Below, piece by piece: positions 19,767-28,984 of a stretch of 64,000 nt of DNA (the stretch's first letter is position 1; each line of letters begins with the position of its first letter). A program made the position numbers and the translations under genes. The notes below the pieces were generated by a model, which was not told the origin of the DNA, searched no databases, and was given only the letters and a program-made list of their open reading frames with translations. Source of the stretch: an uncultured delta proteobacterium (lineage in GTDB: Bacteria > Myxococcota_A > Polyangia > Fen-1088). The stretch covers positions 32,001 to 96,000 of the forward strand of contig CAVWIP010000018.1 in the NCBI GenBank assembly GCA_963755125.1, given 5' to 3'.

Positions 19767-22700
19767 GTGGAGTCCCATCCCCAGACCTACGGCGATCGTT
19801 TTCGTATCGACGGCGATCCGATCGAGGGCGGCATGGGCCTGGTCTATCGCGCAGAGGATTTGAAGACCGGCGAGTATGTCGCGCTGAAGGTAGTGGCCGA
19901 GCCTCGGGGCACACAGTCCCTGCGCTTCCAGCAGGAAGCCGTCGTGCTGGCCGGCATCGCTCACCCGGCGATCGTGCGCTACCTGGCCCACGGCTCCACC
20001 GCCGACGGCGAGCAGTACATGGCGATGGAGTGGCTGGAGGGCGAAACCCTGGAGGACCGCGTGGCGCGCGGGCCGCTGCGCATCTCCGAGACCTTGCAGC
20101 TCGGTCGCCGCGTGGCCGAGGCCCTGGCCGTGGCGCACAGGCACGGCGTCGTCCACCGCGACATCAAGCCGGCCAACATTTTTCTGCCTGCCGGCGATCC
20201 ATGCCAGGCCAAGGTGCTGGACTTCGGCATCGCGCGCCGCCTGTTCGATCCGGAGCAACGCATGCGCATCACCAGCGTCGGCGCCGCGCTGGGCACTCCG
20301 CTGTACATGGCGCCCGAGCAGGCACGCGGGGCCAGCAACGTCGACGGACGCGCCGACATCTTCGCCCTGGGCTGCGTGCTCTTCGAATGCCTCACCGGCC
20401 AGCCACCCTTTGCCGGCACTTCGCCCACCGCGATCATGGCCAAGATCTGCCTGGACGATCCGGTGGATCTGGCCCGCCGACGGCCGGAAACTCCGGCCGA
20501 TCTGGTCGCGCTGATCGCGTGCATGCTGGCCAAGAATCCCGACCAGCGTCCGGCGAAGGCCGACGAGGTCGCGCGCGCGCTGGCTGCCACTGCGGCCGAG
20601 TTCGTCGACCGCGACAGCGACCTTGCCGCAATCTACCGGACCCGCACGCCGACTCCGGCGCTGGTCGCCACTGGCGAGCAGCGTATCCTGGCCGCCATCC
20701 TGGTTTCGCGACCGCGCTCCGGCGCAGTCACGCGTGTCGTACACGATCCGGGCCGGACCGCTGACCTGGCCGGTATCCTGTCTGAACGACTCGCCAACCC
20801 CGAACTGGGCGAAGCGGGCCTGGGAGATCTGCAGAGTGCCATCGCGCCCCTCGGTGCGCGCGTCGAGCGACTGGGTGGCGGTTCGCTGGTCATTGCCCTG
20901 ACCGGCGAGCAGCAGGGCACGCCGCTCGACCAAGCCACGCAGGCCGCGCGCTGTGCCCTGCGCCTGAAGGCCGCGCTGCCTGACGCCAGCCTGGGCATCA
21001 GCACCAGCCGCACTGACATGGCCGGCAAGCTTTCCCTGGGCGACGTCATCGATCAGGCCGGGCACCTGCTCGCCACCACCCCGGCCGGCACCATCCACAT
21101 CGACAATGTCACCGCCCATCTGCTGGAAAACCGCTTCGAGATCCAGGCGCTGGCCGACGGCACCTCGCGCCTGCTGTTCGAGAAGGGAATTCGCGAAGCC
21201 CCGCGCACCCTGATGGGCAAGGCCGTTCCGTGCTTCGGCCGGGATCGCGAAGTCGACCTTCTGGAAGCTCTGTGGGATGAAGCGTGCGACGAGCCCGCCG
21301 CGCGCGTGATGCTGATGGCCTCGGCAGCGGGCGGGGGCAAGTCGCGCGTGCGCCACGAATTCTGCGACCGCATCCAGCGTCGCAGTCGCGCGTATGCGAT
21401 GCTGGTTGGTCGCGGCGATCCCATGCGCGACGCCGCGCCTTTTGCCTTGCTGGGCTCCGCGTTGCTCGCGGCCGCTGGCATCACCGGCGCTGAGCCCGAG
21501 GCTGTGCAGCGCAAGCGCCTGACTGCGCACGCCTCGCGCTTCTTGCCCGCCAAGGATGCCTTGCGAATCGCGGCGTTTCTGGGCGAGATGGCCAACCTGC
21601 CTTTCCCCGACGAGGATCTGCCACCCCTGCGCGCGGCCCGGCAGGATCCGCGCTTGATGGCCGACCAGACGCTCATGGCCTGGCTCGACTGGCTGGAAGC
21701 CGAGTGCAGTCATCATCCGGTACTGCTGGTGCTGGAGGATCTGCACTGGGGCGACTCGCCCAGCGTGAACTTCGTGGACGCGGCCCTGCGCGTACACAAC
21801 GAGAAGCCGTTCATGGTGCTGGCCCTGGCGCGGCCCGAGGTGGACCGGCGCTTTCCGGGCCTGTGGAAAGAACGCAACCCGCAGCGGATCAACCTGACGC
21901 CGCTGTCGCCCAAGTCAACCCAACGCATGATCGAGCATGTGGTGGGCAAGATTTCCGAAGAAAGCGCGCGCTGGATCGCGGAGCGGGCACAGGGCAATCC
22001 GTTTTACCTTGAGGAATTGCTGCGCGTGGTGGCCGACGGGGGCAAGGTCGGCGACGACAGCAACCTGCCCGACACGGTGCTGGGCATGGTGCAGGCGCGC
22101 TTCGACATCTTTGGCCCGGACGCCAAGCTGGTCCTGCGCGCGGGCAGCATCTTTGGCCAGACCTTTCGGCCCGTAGGGGTCAAGGCCCTGGTCGACGAGG
22201 ATCGGCGCAAGGACGTGGACCGCTGGCTGGAGATCCTGACCAAGCGAGAGATTCTGTTTTCGCGACCGACCGCGGATCTGCGCGAGTACGCGTTCCGCCA
22301 CGCGCTGTTGCGCCAGGCAGCCTACGAGATGCTGCCACCGACGGAGAAACGGCTGGGCCACCTGCTGGCTGGCGAGTACCTGGAGCAGGCTGGTGAGCGC
22401 CAGGGCATCGTGCTGGCCGACCACTTCGAGCGCGCCGGTGAGAAGCCACGCGCGATTCGCTGGCTGGGCGTGGCAGCCCAGCAGGCGCTCGACGCGGATG
22501 ACTTGGCGGAAGCCGTCGGCCGCGTCGAACGTGCCGTGAATCTGGGCGCTGCGGGTGAGGAATTGTGTTCGATGCGGGTGATCGAGTCGCAGGCGAGGTT
22601 CTGGCGAGGGCAATACCTGGAGGCGGAGCAAGCGGCTCGGGAGGCGCTCGCCTCCAGTGAGGACCGGACCAAACTGGACGCCCTGAGCGCGCTCTTCGAT

Positions 22701-23714
22701 GCGCTTGGCCCACAGGTCAAGTACGACGAGATCGCCGCGCTATTCCGCGACCTCGAGCGACCAGAAGCACCTGAATTGCTGAATGCCTGGCTCGACTGCT
22801 TCGTGAGCGCGGCTGGTTACCTCACCTACGCTGGCGACAACGAGATCCGTCACCAAACCTTGACGCTGCTGGAGGAGTCACGAGACCAGCTGGAGCCGAT
22901 CATGCTGGGACGGGCAGAGGGCCTGAGGTCGCACATCGCGAGAAGCCAGGGCAATCCAGCCGAATCTCTCGCGGCAGCCAAACGCGCCGCTGACTACTTC
23001 GAGAGCATCGGCCACCGGCGCGCCGCTTGCGAGGCTCTTGCGAACGTCGGCGTGAGCCTGCTCGAGCTCGGCCGACTGGAAGAAGCCGAGGCCTGCATCC
23101 AGCAGATCATGGCCACGGCGCGAAAGATGGACCTCAAGTACATGCTTGGGGGCAGCCTGCAAGCCCTGACCAACATCCTTGCCTACAAGGGATCTTTTGC
23201 CGAGGCACGCGCTGTCGGCCAGGAGGGCATCGCCGTCAACCGCACGCAGAATGATCGACGCTTCCAGGGATGCGCGGAGGCGTATCTCTCGGTGACGGAA
23301 TACCTGGCGGGCGATTACGCACGCGCCGAGCAGTACGCGCGCGCAGCCCTGACCACATGGGAGACCGTGCACGCAGTTTTGCCCTTCGCGCGCGCCTTAC
23401 TGGCTCGCGCCCTGCTGGCGCAGGGCCACAAGGCCGAGGCGCTGTCGACCGCGCGCGATGCGTATGCCGAGTTCGAGAGGATAGGCATCGTGGACGACGG
23501 CGAGGCAACCATCCGTCTGGCGTTGGCCGAGTGTTTGCTCGTTTCCGGCGATCGCCTGGCCGCGAAGGAGGTTTTGGCCGCGGCGACAAGACAGGTCCAC
23601 GCCTGGGCAGCCACCATCGAAGATTTCGCCGGTCGCCAGGCGTACCTGACCCGCATCCCGGAGCACCGCCGCATCCTGGAACTTGCACAAGAACTGGCCG
23701 GGGACAAGAGCTGA
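19767..23714 (+). CDS. Kinase-STAND-TPR paralogue 3
   Basis: Same motif set as paralogue 1 (HRDIKPAN, DFG, MAPE, AGGGKS, LEDLHWGD, GNPFYLEEL); intact 1315-aa ORF. Confidence 0.9.
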   Translation: MESHPQTYGDRFRIDGDPIEGGMGLVYRAEDLKTGEYVALKVVAEPRGTQSLRFQQEAVVLAGIAHPAIVRYLAHGSTADGEQYMAMEWLEGETLEDRVARGPLRISETLQLGRRVAEALAVAHRHGVVHRDIKPANIFLPAGDPCQAKVLDFGIARRLFDPEQRMRITSVGAALGTPLYMAPEQARGASNVDGRADIFALGCVLFECLTGQPPFAGTSPTAIMAKICLDDPVDLARRRPETPADLVALIACMLAKNPDQRPAKADEVARALAATAAEFVDRDSDLAAIYRTRTPTPALVATGEQRILAAILVSRPRSGAVTRVVHDPGRTADLAGILSERLANPELGEAGLGDLQSAIAPLGARVERLGGGSLVIALTGEQQGTPLDQATQAARCALRLKAALPDASLGISTSRTDMAGKLSLGDVIDQAGHLLATTPAGTIHIDNVTAHLLENRFEIQALADGTSRLLFEKGIREAPRTLMGKAVPCFGRDREVDLLEALWDEACDEPAARVMLMASAAGGGKSRVRHEFCDRIQRRSRAYAMLVGRGDPMRDAAPFALLGSALLAAAGITGAEPEAVQRKRLTAHASRFLPAKDALRIAAFLGEMANLPFPDEDLPPLRAARQDPRLMADQTLMAWLDWLEAECSHHPVLLVLEDLHWGDSPSVNFVDAALRVHNEKPFMVLALARPEVDRRFPGLWKERNPQRINLTPLSPKSTQRMIEHVVGKISEESARWIAERAQGNPFYLEELLRVVADGGKVGDDSNLPDTVLGMVQARFDIFGPDAKLVLRAGSIFGQTFRPVGVKALVDEDRRKDVDRWLEILTKREILFSRPTADLREYAFRHALLRQAAYEMLPPTEKRLGHLLAGEYLEQAGERQGIVLADHFERAGEKPRAIRWLGVAAQQALDADDLAEAVGRVERAVNLGAAGEELCSMRVIESQARFWRGQYLEAEQAAREALASSEDRTKLDALSALFDALGPQVKYDEIAALFRDLERPEAPELLNAWLDCFVSAAGYLTYAGDNEIRHQTLTLLEESRDQLEPIMLGRAEGLRSHIARSQGNPAESLAAAKRAADYFESIGHRRAACEALANVGVSLLELGRLEEAEACIQQIMATARKMDLKYMLGGSLQALTNILAYKGSFAEARAVGQEGIAVNRTQNDRRFQGCAEAYLSVTEYLAGDYARAEQYARAALTTWETVHAVLPFARALLARALLAQGHKAEALSTARDAYAEFERIGIVDDGEATIRLALAECLLVSGDRLAAKEVLAAATRQVHAWAATIEDFAGRQAYLTRIPEHRRILELAQELAGDKS

Positions 23715-23900
23715 CCCCGGAACGCAGAACGCAGCCGGCCGGCCCCCGCTTGTCTCGGTTGCTGGCGGTGCTATTGTGCGTCCAGACATTCCAGTGTCGC
23801 CGCGGATCTCAACCACAGCGAAGACGGGACGCGCGATTCCGCCTTGCAAAAACGCGTCAGTGGCAGGTTGCCCTGATGCCTCCGCTGCCGTGGGCGGGAC

Positions 23901-25922
23901 ATGGGCCAGAGGATAGGCGCGACCAATCCGCGCGGGCGTTTCTGCGGAAGCGCTTCCTTGGCCTCAGACGCAGTGGATCTCCTCCTGCTCAACGCCTCGA
24001 ATCTGCCTGACAAGACCGTATACCCCTACGCGTTCGTGCAAGTCTCGGCGCTGGCACGCCACTTCGGTCTCAAAGTCGCACGCTTCGACTTTGTCCGACT
24101 CAATCGACAACAGATCCGCTACCACCTGACTGATCTCATCCGACGGCGTCGGCCACGCATGATCGGTTTGCACCTGCGGCAGGCGGACTCGGTCGTGGAA
24201 TCGGACTATCCGCCGCCACCTTTCGGCGATCCGTCAAAGTACTACCTGCCTGTCGATGACACCCGCGCGCTGGTGGGCGAAATCCGCCGGCTGACCCAAG
24301 CCCCCATCGTGGCCGGCGGCTTTGGCTTCTCTTCCCACCCGCTGCAAACCGCCGCACGCCTTCAGGTGGATTTCGGGATCCAGGGCGAACCTGACGGATT
24401 CTTCGCGCGTTTCGCTGACGTGCTGGCCCGCCGCCATCTGGACCAAGTGCCCAACTTGGTCTACCGCCGGGGTCGCACCTTCCACGCCAACCCGCGCGTC
24501 TTCTATCCCCCGTTCGATGGACCGGAATATACGGATGAGATGGTGGACGAGCTGATTCGTTTCTACGGGGAGCGTGCACTGCTTGAGGGCACCATGGATA
24601 CCGTTGCGGTGGAGATCGCGCGCGGCTGTCCCTTTCGCTGCTACTTCTGTAACGAGCCGGCGGTGAAGGGCCGCCACGTTCAGTACCGGAACTGGTCCGC
24701 GGTGGAGGCAGATCTGGCGACGCTGGCATCCCGCGGGATCCACAACGTGTGGTTCGTCTGCTCTGAGATCAACATCCACCCCCGACGGGCGCGGACGATT
24801 GCCCGTCGGATGCGCGCCCTGAACGCTGGCCGCGACGGGAACACGCGCGTTCGCTGGCGCTCATACAGCATCCCGCGCATGGATCCGGCCCACCTGCGCG
24901 CCATGCTGTCGGCCGGCTTCCAGCCGGGCTGGAACGACTTCCCGTCCTTCGACGACACCAACTTGGCTCGTTGTCAGGTGCCTTTCCGAACGCGCTCCGC
25001 CCTCGACTACTACCGGCGCTACCTCGACTGGGCCGACCGACAGCCCGACCCGCCCGCTGACCGTCAAACCTTCTCTCTCTTTCTTGGCAACGCCTTTGCC
25101 ACGGCACGCACCATCAGCACCACCTTGCGCCGGGTCGACGCCCTCAGCCTGCAGGCCAGACACGAACAGGCAGCGGTCAGCACCGCCACGCGCGTCTTTC
25201 GCGTCGACGGCAGGTACACCTGCGGCGACGAGCGCTCGCTGTCTACGCTCGGACGTGGCGGCAGGATCCCACTCGACGTTGTCGGCCCCACCTTTCATTT
25301 CGCACCAGCTTTGGTCCGCCAGCTAGGCAGTGAGCAGGCAGTGCGCGATTTTCTCGCCTACGTGGGCTCGACCTTCCTGTCGAGCGAGCATCTGCACAAA
25401 CGCAACTGGCCCGAGTTTCTCTCCGCGAACGTCTCTTCTCCCGGTCTGCTAGCCCTCGTGCGCACCGCCCGGCAGGCACGAACGGTGGGACCGGTGCAGG
25501 TGGACGCCGACGATGAGCAACTGGCCTATGAGATCCGACGCTCGCTCGCGACGCTGTGGAAGAAACTCGATGAGACGGCAGTGCGACGCCTCTTCTCGCC
25601 CGGAGCGGAGAAGAGACTCTACGGTCATGTGGTCAATGGGGTGCTGATCCAACTCATGCGGCCCAACGCCCGCGCCTTTGCTCGCATCCTTCGCACCCTG
25701 CGCATTCCACACGATCGGGATGGCTTCTACGACTTGTCCGAATACCGCGTGGCCCGCATCTTGTACCACCATTCTGACAGCAACGAGGATCTCGTGGCCG
25801 AGATGTGTCGCTTGCACGATTTGCGGGTGGACTCGCTCGACCTCCTGCAACTACAGCACTTTCTGTTCGAGAACAACGTGCAGATCCGGCCCGAGTACCG
25901 CCCGCTGCTGTTCGCCAAGTAG
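23901..25922 (+). CDS. Radical SAM protein with cobalamin-binding-like N-terminal region and long C-terminal extension
   Basis: CxxxCxxC in ARGCPFRCYFC; N-terminal IVAGGFGFS and GIQGEPD segments resemble B12-binding radical SAMs. Start may be GTG near 23973. Confidence 0.8.
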   Translation: MGQRIGATNPRGRFCGSASLASDAVDLLLLNASNLPDKTVYPYAFVQVSALARHFGLKVARFDFVRLNRQQIRYHLTDLIRRRRPRMIGLHLRQADSVVESDYPPPPFGDPSKYYLPVDDTRALVGEIRRLTQAPIVAGGFGFSSHPLQTAARLQVDFGIQGEPDGFFARFADVLARRHLDQVPNLVYRRGRTFHANPRVFYPPFDGPEYTDEMVDELIRFYGERALLEGTMDTVAVEIARGCPFRCYFCNEPAVKGRHVQYRNWSAVEADLATLASRGIHNVWFVCSEINIHPRRARTIARRMRALNAGRDGNTRVRWRSYSIPRMDPAHLRAMLSAGFQPGWNDFPSFDDTNLARCQVPFRTRSALDYYRRYLDWADRQPDPPADRQTFSLFLGNAFATARTISTTLRRVDALSLQARHEQAAVSTATRVFRVDGRYTCGDERSLSTLGRGGRIPLDVVGPTFHFAPALVRQLGSEQAVRDFLAYVGSTFLSSEHLHKRNWPEFLSANVSSPGLLALVRTARQARTVGPVQVDADDEQLAYEIRRSLATLWKKLDETAVRRLFSPGAEKRLYGHVVNGVLIQLMRPNARAFARILRTLRIPHDRDGFYDLSEYRVARILYHHSDSNEDLVAEMCRLHDLRVDSLDLLQLQHFLFENNVQIRPEYRPLLFAK

Positions 25923-26023
25923 GCATTTCCTCATCAGGCTTGGCGGCAGAATGGCATCGCGCCGCGCGCATATGTGCCTGCAATATTTGTTCGCCTCCCC
26001 CATCGCAGCCGGATTGTGACAAA

Positions 26024-26041
26024 GTCTGACTACAATCAGAC
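26024..26041. promoter_or_regulatory. Inverted repeat GTCTGA-N6-TCAGAC, possible TA autoregulatory operator
   Basis: Read directly, about 50 bp upstream of the antitoxin start. Confidence 0.35.
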
Positions 26042-26092
26042 AGAGGCACCGCCCGGCTCGCAACCTGACCAGAAACATGGTTTAATTGGTTG

Positions 26093-26356
26093 ATGAAGCC
26101 GGTCAACATCCAGCAGGCAAAGACCCACCTTTCGCGCTACCTAAAACGCGTCAAGAATGGGGAATCACTCGTGATTTGTGACCGGAATGTCCCTGTGGCG
26201 GAGCTCCGACCGCTGACTGAACCCGCCAAGCCAGGGCGACCCTTGGGGGCTCTGCGTGGTGCTGTCTTGCACATGGCGGACACCTTCAACGAGCCGCTGC
26301 CAGCAGAGGACTTGGCCGCATTCACGGCTGGCGATGTGGGGGACGAGAAGGCGTGA
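26093..26356 (+). CDS. Phd/YefM-family antitoxin
   Basis: VNIQQAKTHLSRYLKRVKNGESLVICDRNVPVAEL. Confidence 0.9.
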   Translation: MKPVNIQQAKTHLSRYLKRVKNGESLVICDRNVPVAELRPLTEPAKPGRPLGALRGAVLHMADTFNEPLPAEDLAAFTAGDVGDEKA

Positions 26357-26742
26357 GGCTCCTGCTCGACACTTGCACTTTTCTGTGGGCAGCGGATGCG
26401 CCCGAGAAGCTGAGCGAGCCGGCGCGTGAAGCCCTTGCTGCGCCGGAGAACGCCGTTTTGTTATCACCGATTTCTGCTTGGGAGATTCAGCTCAAGTCTC
26501 GCAAGCTGGGACAACTCCGGCTCGATCGTCCGCCCGGCGCCTTCGTGCGCGAGGCCATGGCGCGGCTCGGGCTGGAAGAAGCGCCTCTCGGCTGCCAGGC
26601 GCTCGCGTTCCTCGAGCGGCTGCCGGACTTTCATGCCGATCCCTTTGACCGTGCGCTCATCTGCCAGGCCATCCACGAAGACTGCGTGTTGGTGACACCT
26701 GACTCGCACATTCAGCGTTACCCGGTGCGGGTTCTCTGGTAG
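26353..26742 (+). CDS. vapC: PIN-domain VapC toxin
   Basis: LLLDTCTFLW, SAWEI, HADPFDRALICQA; 4-bp overlap with the antitoxin. Confidence 0.9.
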   Translation: MRLLLDTCTFLWAADAPEKLSEPAREALAAPENAVLLSPISAWEIQLKSRKLGQLRLDRPPGAFVREAMARLGLEEAPLGCQALAFLERLPDFHADPFDRALICQAIHEDCVLVTPDSHIQRYPVRVLW

Positions 26743-26855
26743 CGCGCTACCTGCCGTACTTGTCAACGTCCAAGCCGCGTAGACAGCGCGCCCCCTCCGA
26801 CCAGGTTCAAGGCATCGCCACACAACTTTCTCGGCCGGCGTCCGACAACCATGGC

Positions 26856-27410
26856 ATGACAAAGCGTCGCCGGTTCCGTTCCAGTTTCATTCCATTCCGC
26901 AGGCGCAGGTCGTCGGCCACAGCCATCGAGACGGCCCCCTGGCCAATGGCCCCACGGCGCATCGTTGCCGTGACCCTGGCCGACGAGCTGGCCGGGGCGG
27001 TTTCGGCCGACGCGACCCAACGCCAGGACCTGGTCGACGCCGCGCTCAGTATCGGGCAATGGCTTGCCGATCGAGGCTATCCCGGCCGCTGGGACAAGGC
27101 TGAACCTGCCGCGATTCTGCGCTGCCTGGATTTTCTGCCCAACGACGAGCGCGAGCGCTTCCTGTTCTCGTTCGTCGGCCTGCTCGGGCACGGAGCGCTG
27201 ACCGGCCAGATCCCCGCCTTGCCGGCCAAGCAGTCGATCGACGAGATCTCAAACCTGACCAGCACGGATACGGTACGAGCCTTTGCCCGCACCACCGCCG
27301 CGCAGTTGCAGCCCCTGCCTTCGCGAATCAGACCCCAGGAACATTGGTCAGCATCTCTAGCATCTGCGCCGCGCGCCGGTCGCCGGGATCGAGCGCGACA
27401 CAATGCTTGA
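26856..27410 (+). CDS. Hypothetical protein
   Basis: Plausible globular composition; 3' end overlaps the convergent TPR gene by about 80 nt. Confidence 0.5.
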   Translation: MTKRRRFRSSFIPFRRRRSSATAIETAPWPMAPRRIVAVTLADELAGAVSADATQRQDLVDAALSIGQWLADRGYPGRWDKAEPAAILRCLDFLPNDERERFLFSFVGLLGHGALTGQIPALPAKQSIDEISNLTSTDTVRAFARTTAAQLQPLPSRIRPQEHWSASLASAPRAGRRDRARHNA

Positions 27411-28086
27411 AGACCTCGGTGGCCTCCGGAATCTTGTTCGATTCATAGTAGGCCATGCCCAGGTGATAGAACGCCGCCTCGTCCTCCGGGCAGTTCTCCA
27501 CCACTAGCTTGAAATTGGCGATGGCCTTGTCGTACTGACCTAGCGACGCAAAATTCACGCCCAGGTGATAGTTGGCAACCTTGGCCGCCGGGTTGAGCTC
27601 AACCACGCGCAAGAAGGACTCGATGGCCTTCTGCTGCCGCCCCAGGTGATAGTTGGCGATGCCGAGCCAGTAGTGAGCCGCTGCATAGTCGGGGCTCAAC
27701 TTCAGGCATCGCTCCATCGTCGCGATGGTCTTGTGGATCTGGCCGCCGCGATAATAGGTGAGCGCCAGGTCGTAAAGCGCTTCGGGGAAGTTCGGCTTGA
27801 GCGCGATGGCTTCCTCAAGGTACTTGGTCGCCGACCCGATGTCGCCGAGGCGATAGTAGAGAATGCCCAGACCGCACAGAACGTGGGCATCGCGCAGCCC
27901 CAAATCGTAGGCCTTCAACAGGGTCGCGATGGCAGGCCCCACCGGGCCGCCCTCCATGCGCCCTTCCATGGCCTTTCTCGCGAGCAGGTACTGGTCAGGG
28001 ATGTCCTTGGTTGCCGGAATACCGCAACGCGGACAGAAGCGAAAGTCAGGCGCAAGCGCGTACTTGCACTGGATACACGGTGTCAT
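27328..28086 (-). CDS. Zinc-ribbon plus TPR protein
   Basis: RBS GGAGG; CIQC...CPRCG followed by several canonical TPRs (AHYWLGIANY, AFYHLGMAYY). Confidence 0.85.
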   Translation of the reverse strand: MTPCIQCKYALAPDFRFCPRCGIPATKDIPDQYLLARKAMEGRMEGGPVGPAIATLLKAYDLGLRDAHVLCGLGILYYRLGDIGSATKYLEEAIALKPNFPEALYDLALTYYRGGQIHKTIATMERCLKLSPDYAAAHYWLGIANYHLGRQQKAIESFLRVVELNPAAKVANYHLGVNFASLGQYDKAIANFKLVVENCPEDEAAFYHLGMAYYESNKIPEATEVFKHCVALDPGDRRAAQMLEMLTNVPGV

Positions 28087-28208
28087 GGGGCCTCCCTGTT
28101 CGTTTGGATGCGTCGGGGCTTGCAGCTTATCAGTTAGATGTTCGTGGACAGGCACAGTCTCACGCATTTCCGCAATTTCTGCATCCTCGCACCGCCGGGT
28201 CGTACCAG

Positions 28209-28982
28209 CTAGCCCGCATCCGTGGTGGCCGCCCGCGGCCGGGCCAAAAAGACGGCGCCGATGAGGTCGCGGTTGAGTCGGCCGATGAAGTCGGGCGACA
28301 CGTTCTTGGGACAGACGGCCGCGCACTCGAGGAAGTTGGTGCAACCGCCAAAGCCCTCGGCGTCCATGGCCGCCACCATGGCGTGCACGCGCGACCAGCG
28401 CTCGGGCTGACCCTGGGGCAGAAGTCCCAGGTGCGATACCTTGGCACCCACGAACAGCATGGCCGAGGCATTGGGGCAGGCGGCGACGCACGCGCCGCAC
28501 CCGATGCAGGCGGCCGCGTCCATGGCCGCGTCTGCCGCGCCCTTGGAAACCAGGATGGCATTGCCGTCAGGCGCGCTGCCAGTGGGCGAAGTGATGAAGC
28601 CACCGGCCGCGATCGCGCGATCGAAGGCGCTGCGGTCGACCATGAGATCGCGAATCACGGGAAAGGCGCGCGCGCGGAAAGGCTCGATGACAATGACCTG
28701 GCCGTCGCGGAAATGGCGCATGTGAAGCTGGCAGGTCGTGGTCCCTGGTTGCGGGCCATGGGGAACGCCGTTGATGACCACGCCACAAGAGCCGCAGATT
28801 CCTTCGCGGCAGTCGTGGTCGAAGGTGATGGGCGACTGGCCGGCGACGGTCAGGCGTTCGTTGACCACGTCGAGCATCTCCAGGAAGGACATGTCGGGGC
28901 TGATGTCCTTGGCCTCGATCCTCTGCATGTGGCCGCGCGCGCGCGCGTTCTCTTGCCGCCAGACCATCAGCACGAGATTCAT
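28209..28982 (-). CDS. sdhB: Succinate dehydrogenase/fumarate reductase iron-sulfur subunit
   Basis: [38 protein letters not shown]. Confidence 0.95.
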   Translation of the reverse strand: MNLVLMVWRQENARARGHMQRIEAKDISPDMSFLEMLDVVNERLTVAGQSPITFDHDCREGICGSCGVVINGVPHGPQPGTTTCQLHMRHFRDGQVIVIEPFRARAFPVIRDLMVDRSAFDRAIAAGGFITSPTGSAPDGNAILVSKGAADAAMDAAACIGCGACVAACPNASAMLFVGAKVSHLGLLPQGQPERWSRVHAMVAAMDAEGFGGCTNFLECAAVCPKNVSPDFIGRLNRDLIGAVFLARPRAATTDAG

Positions 28983-28984
28983 GG

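Noticed and set aside
19653..21797. 714-aa minus-strand ORF and similar ORFs repeated opposite each kinase
   Set aside because: Shadow frames of the paralogous kinase genes, with no independent motifs or RBS.
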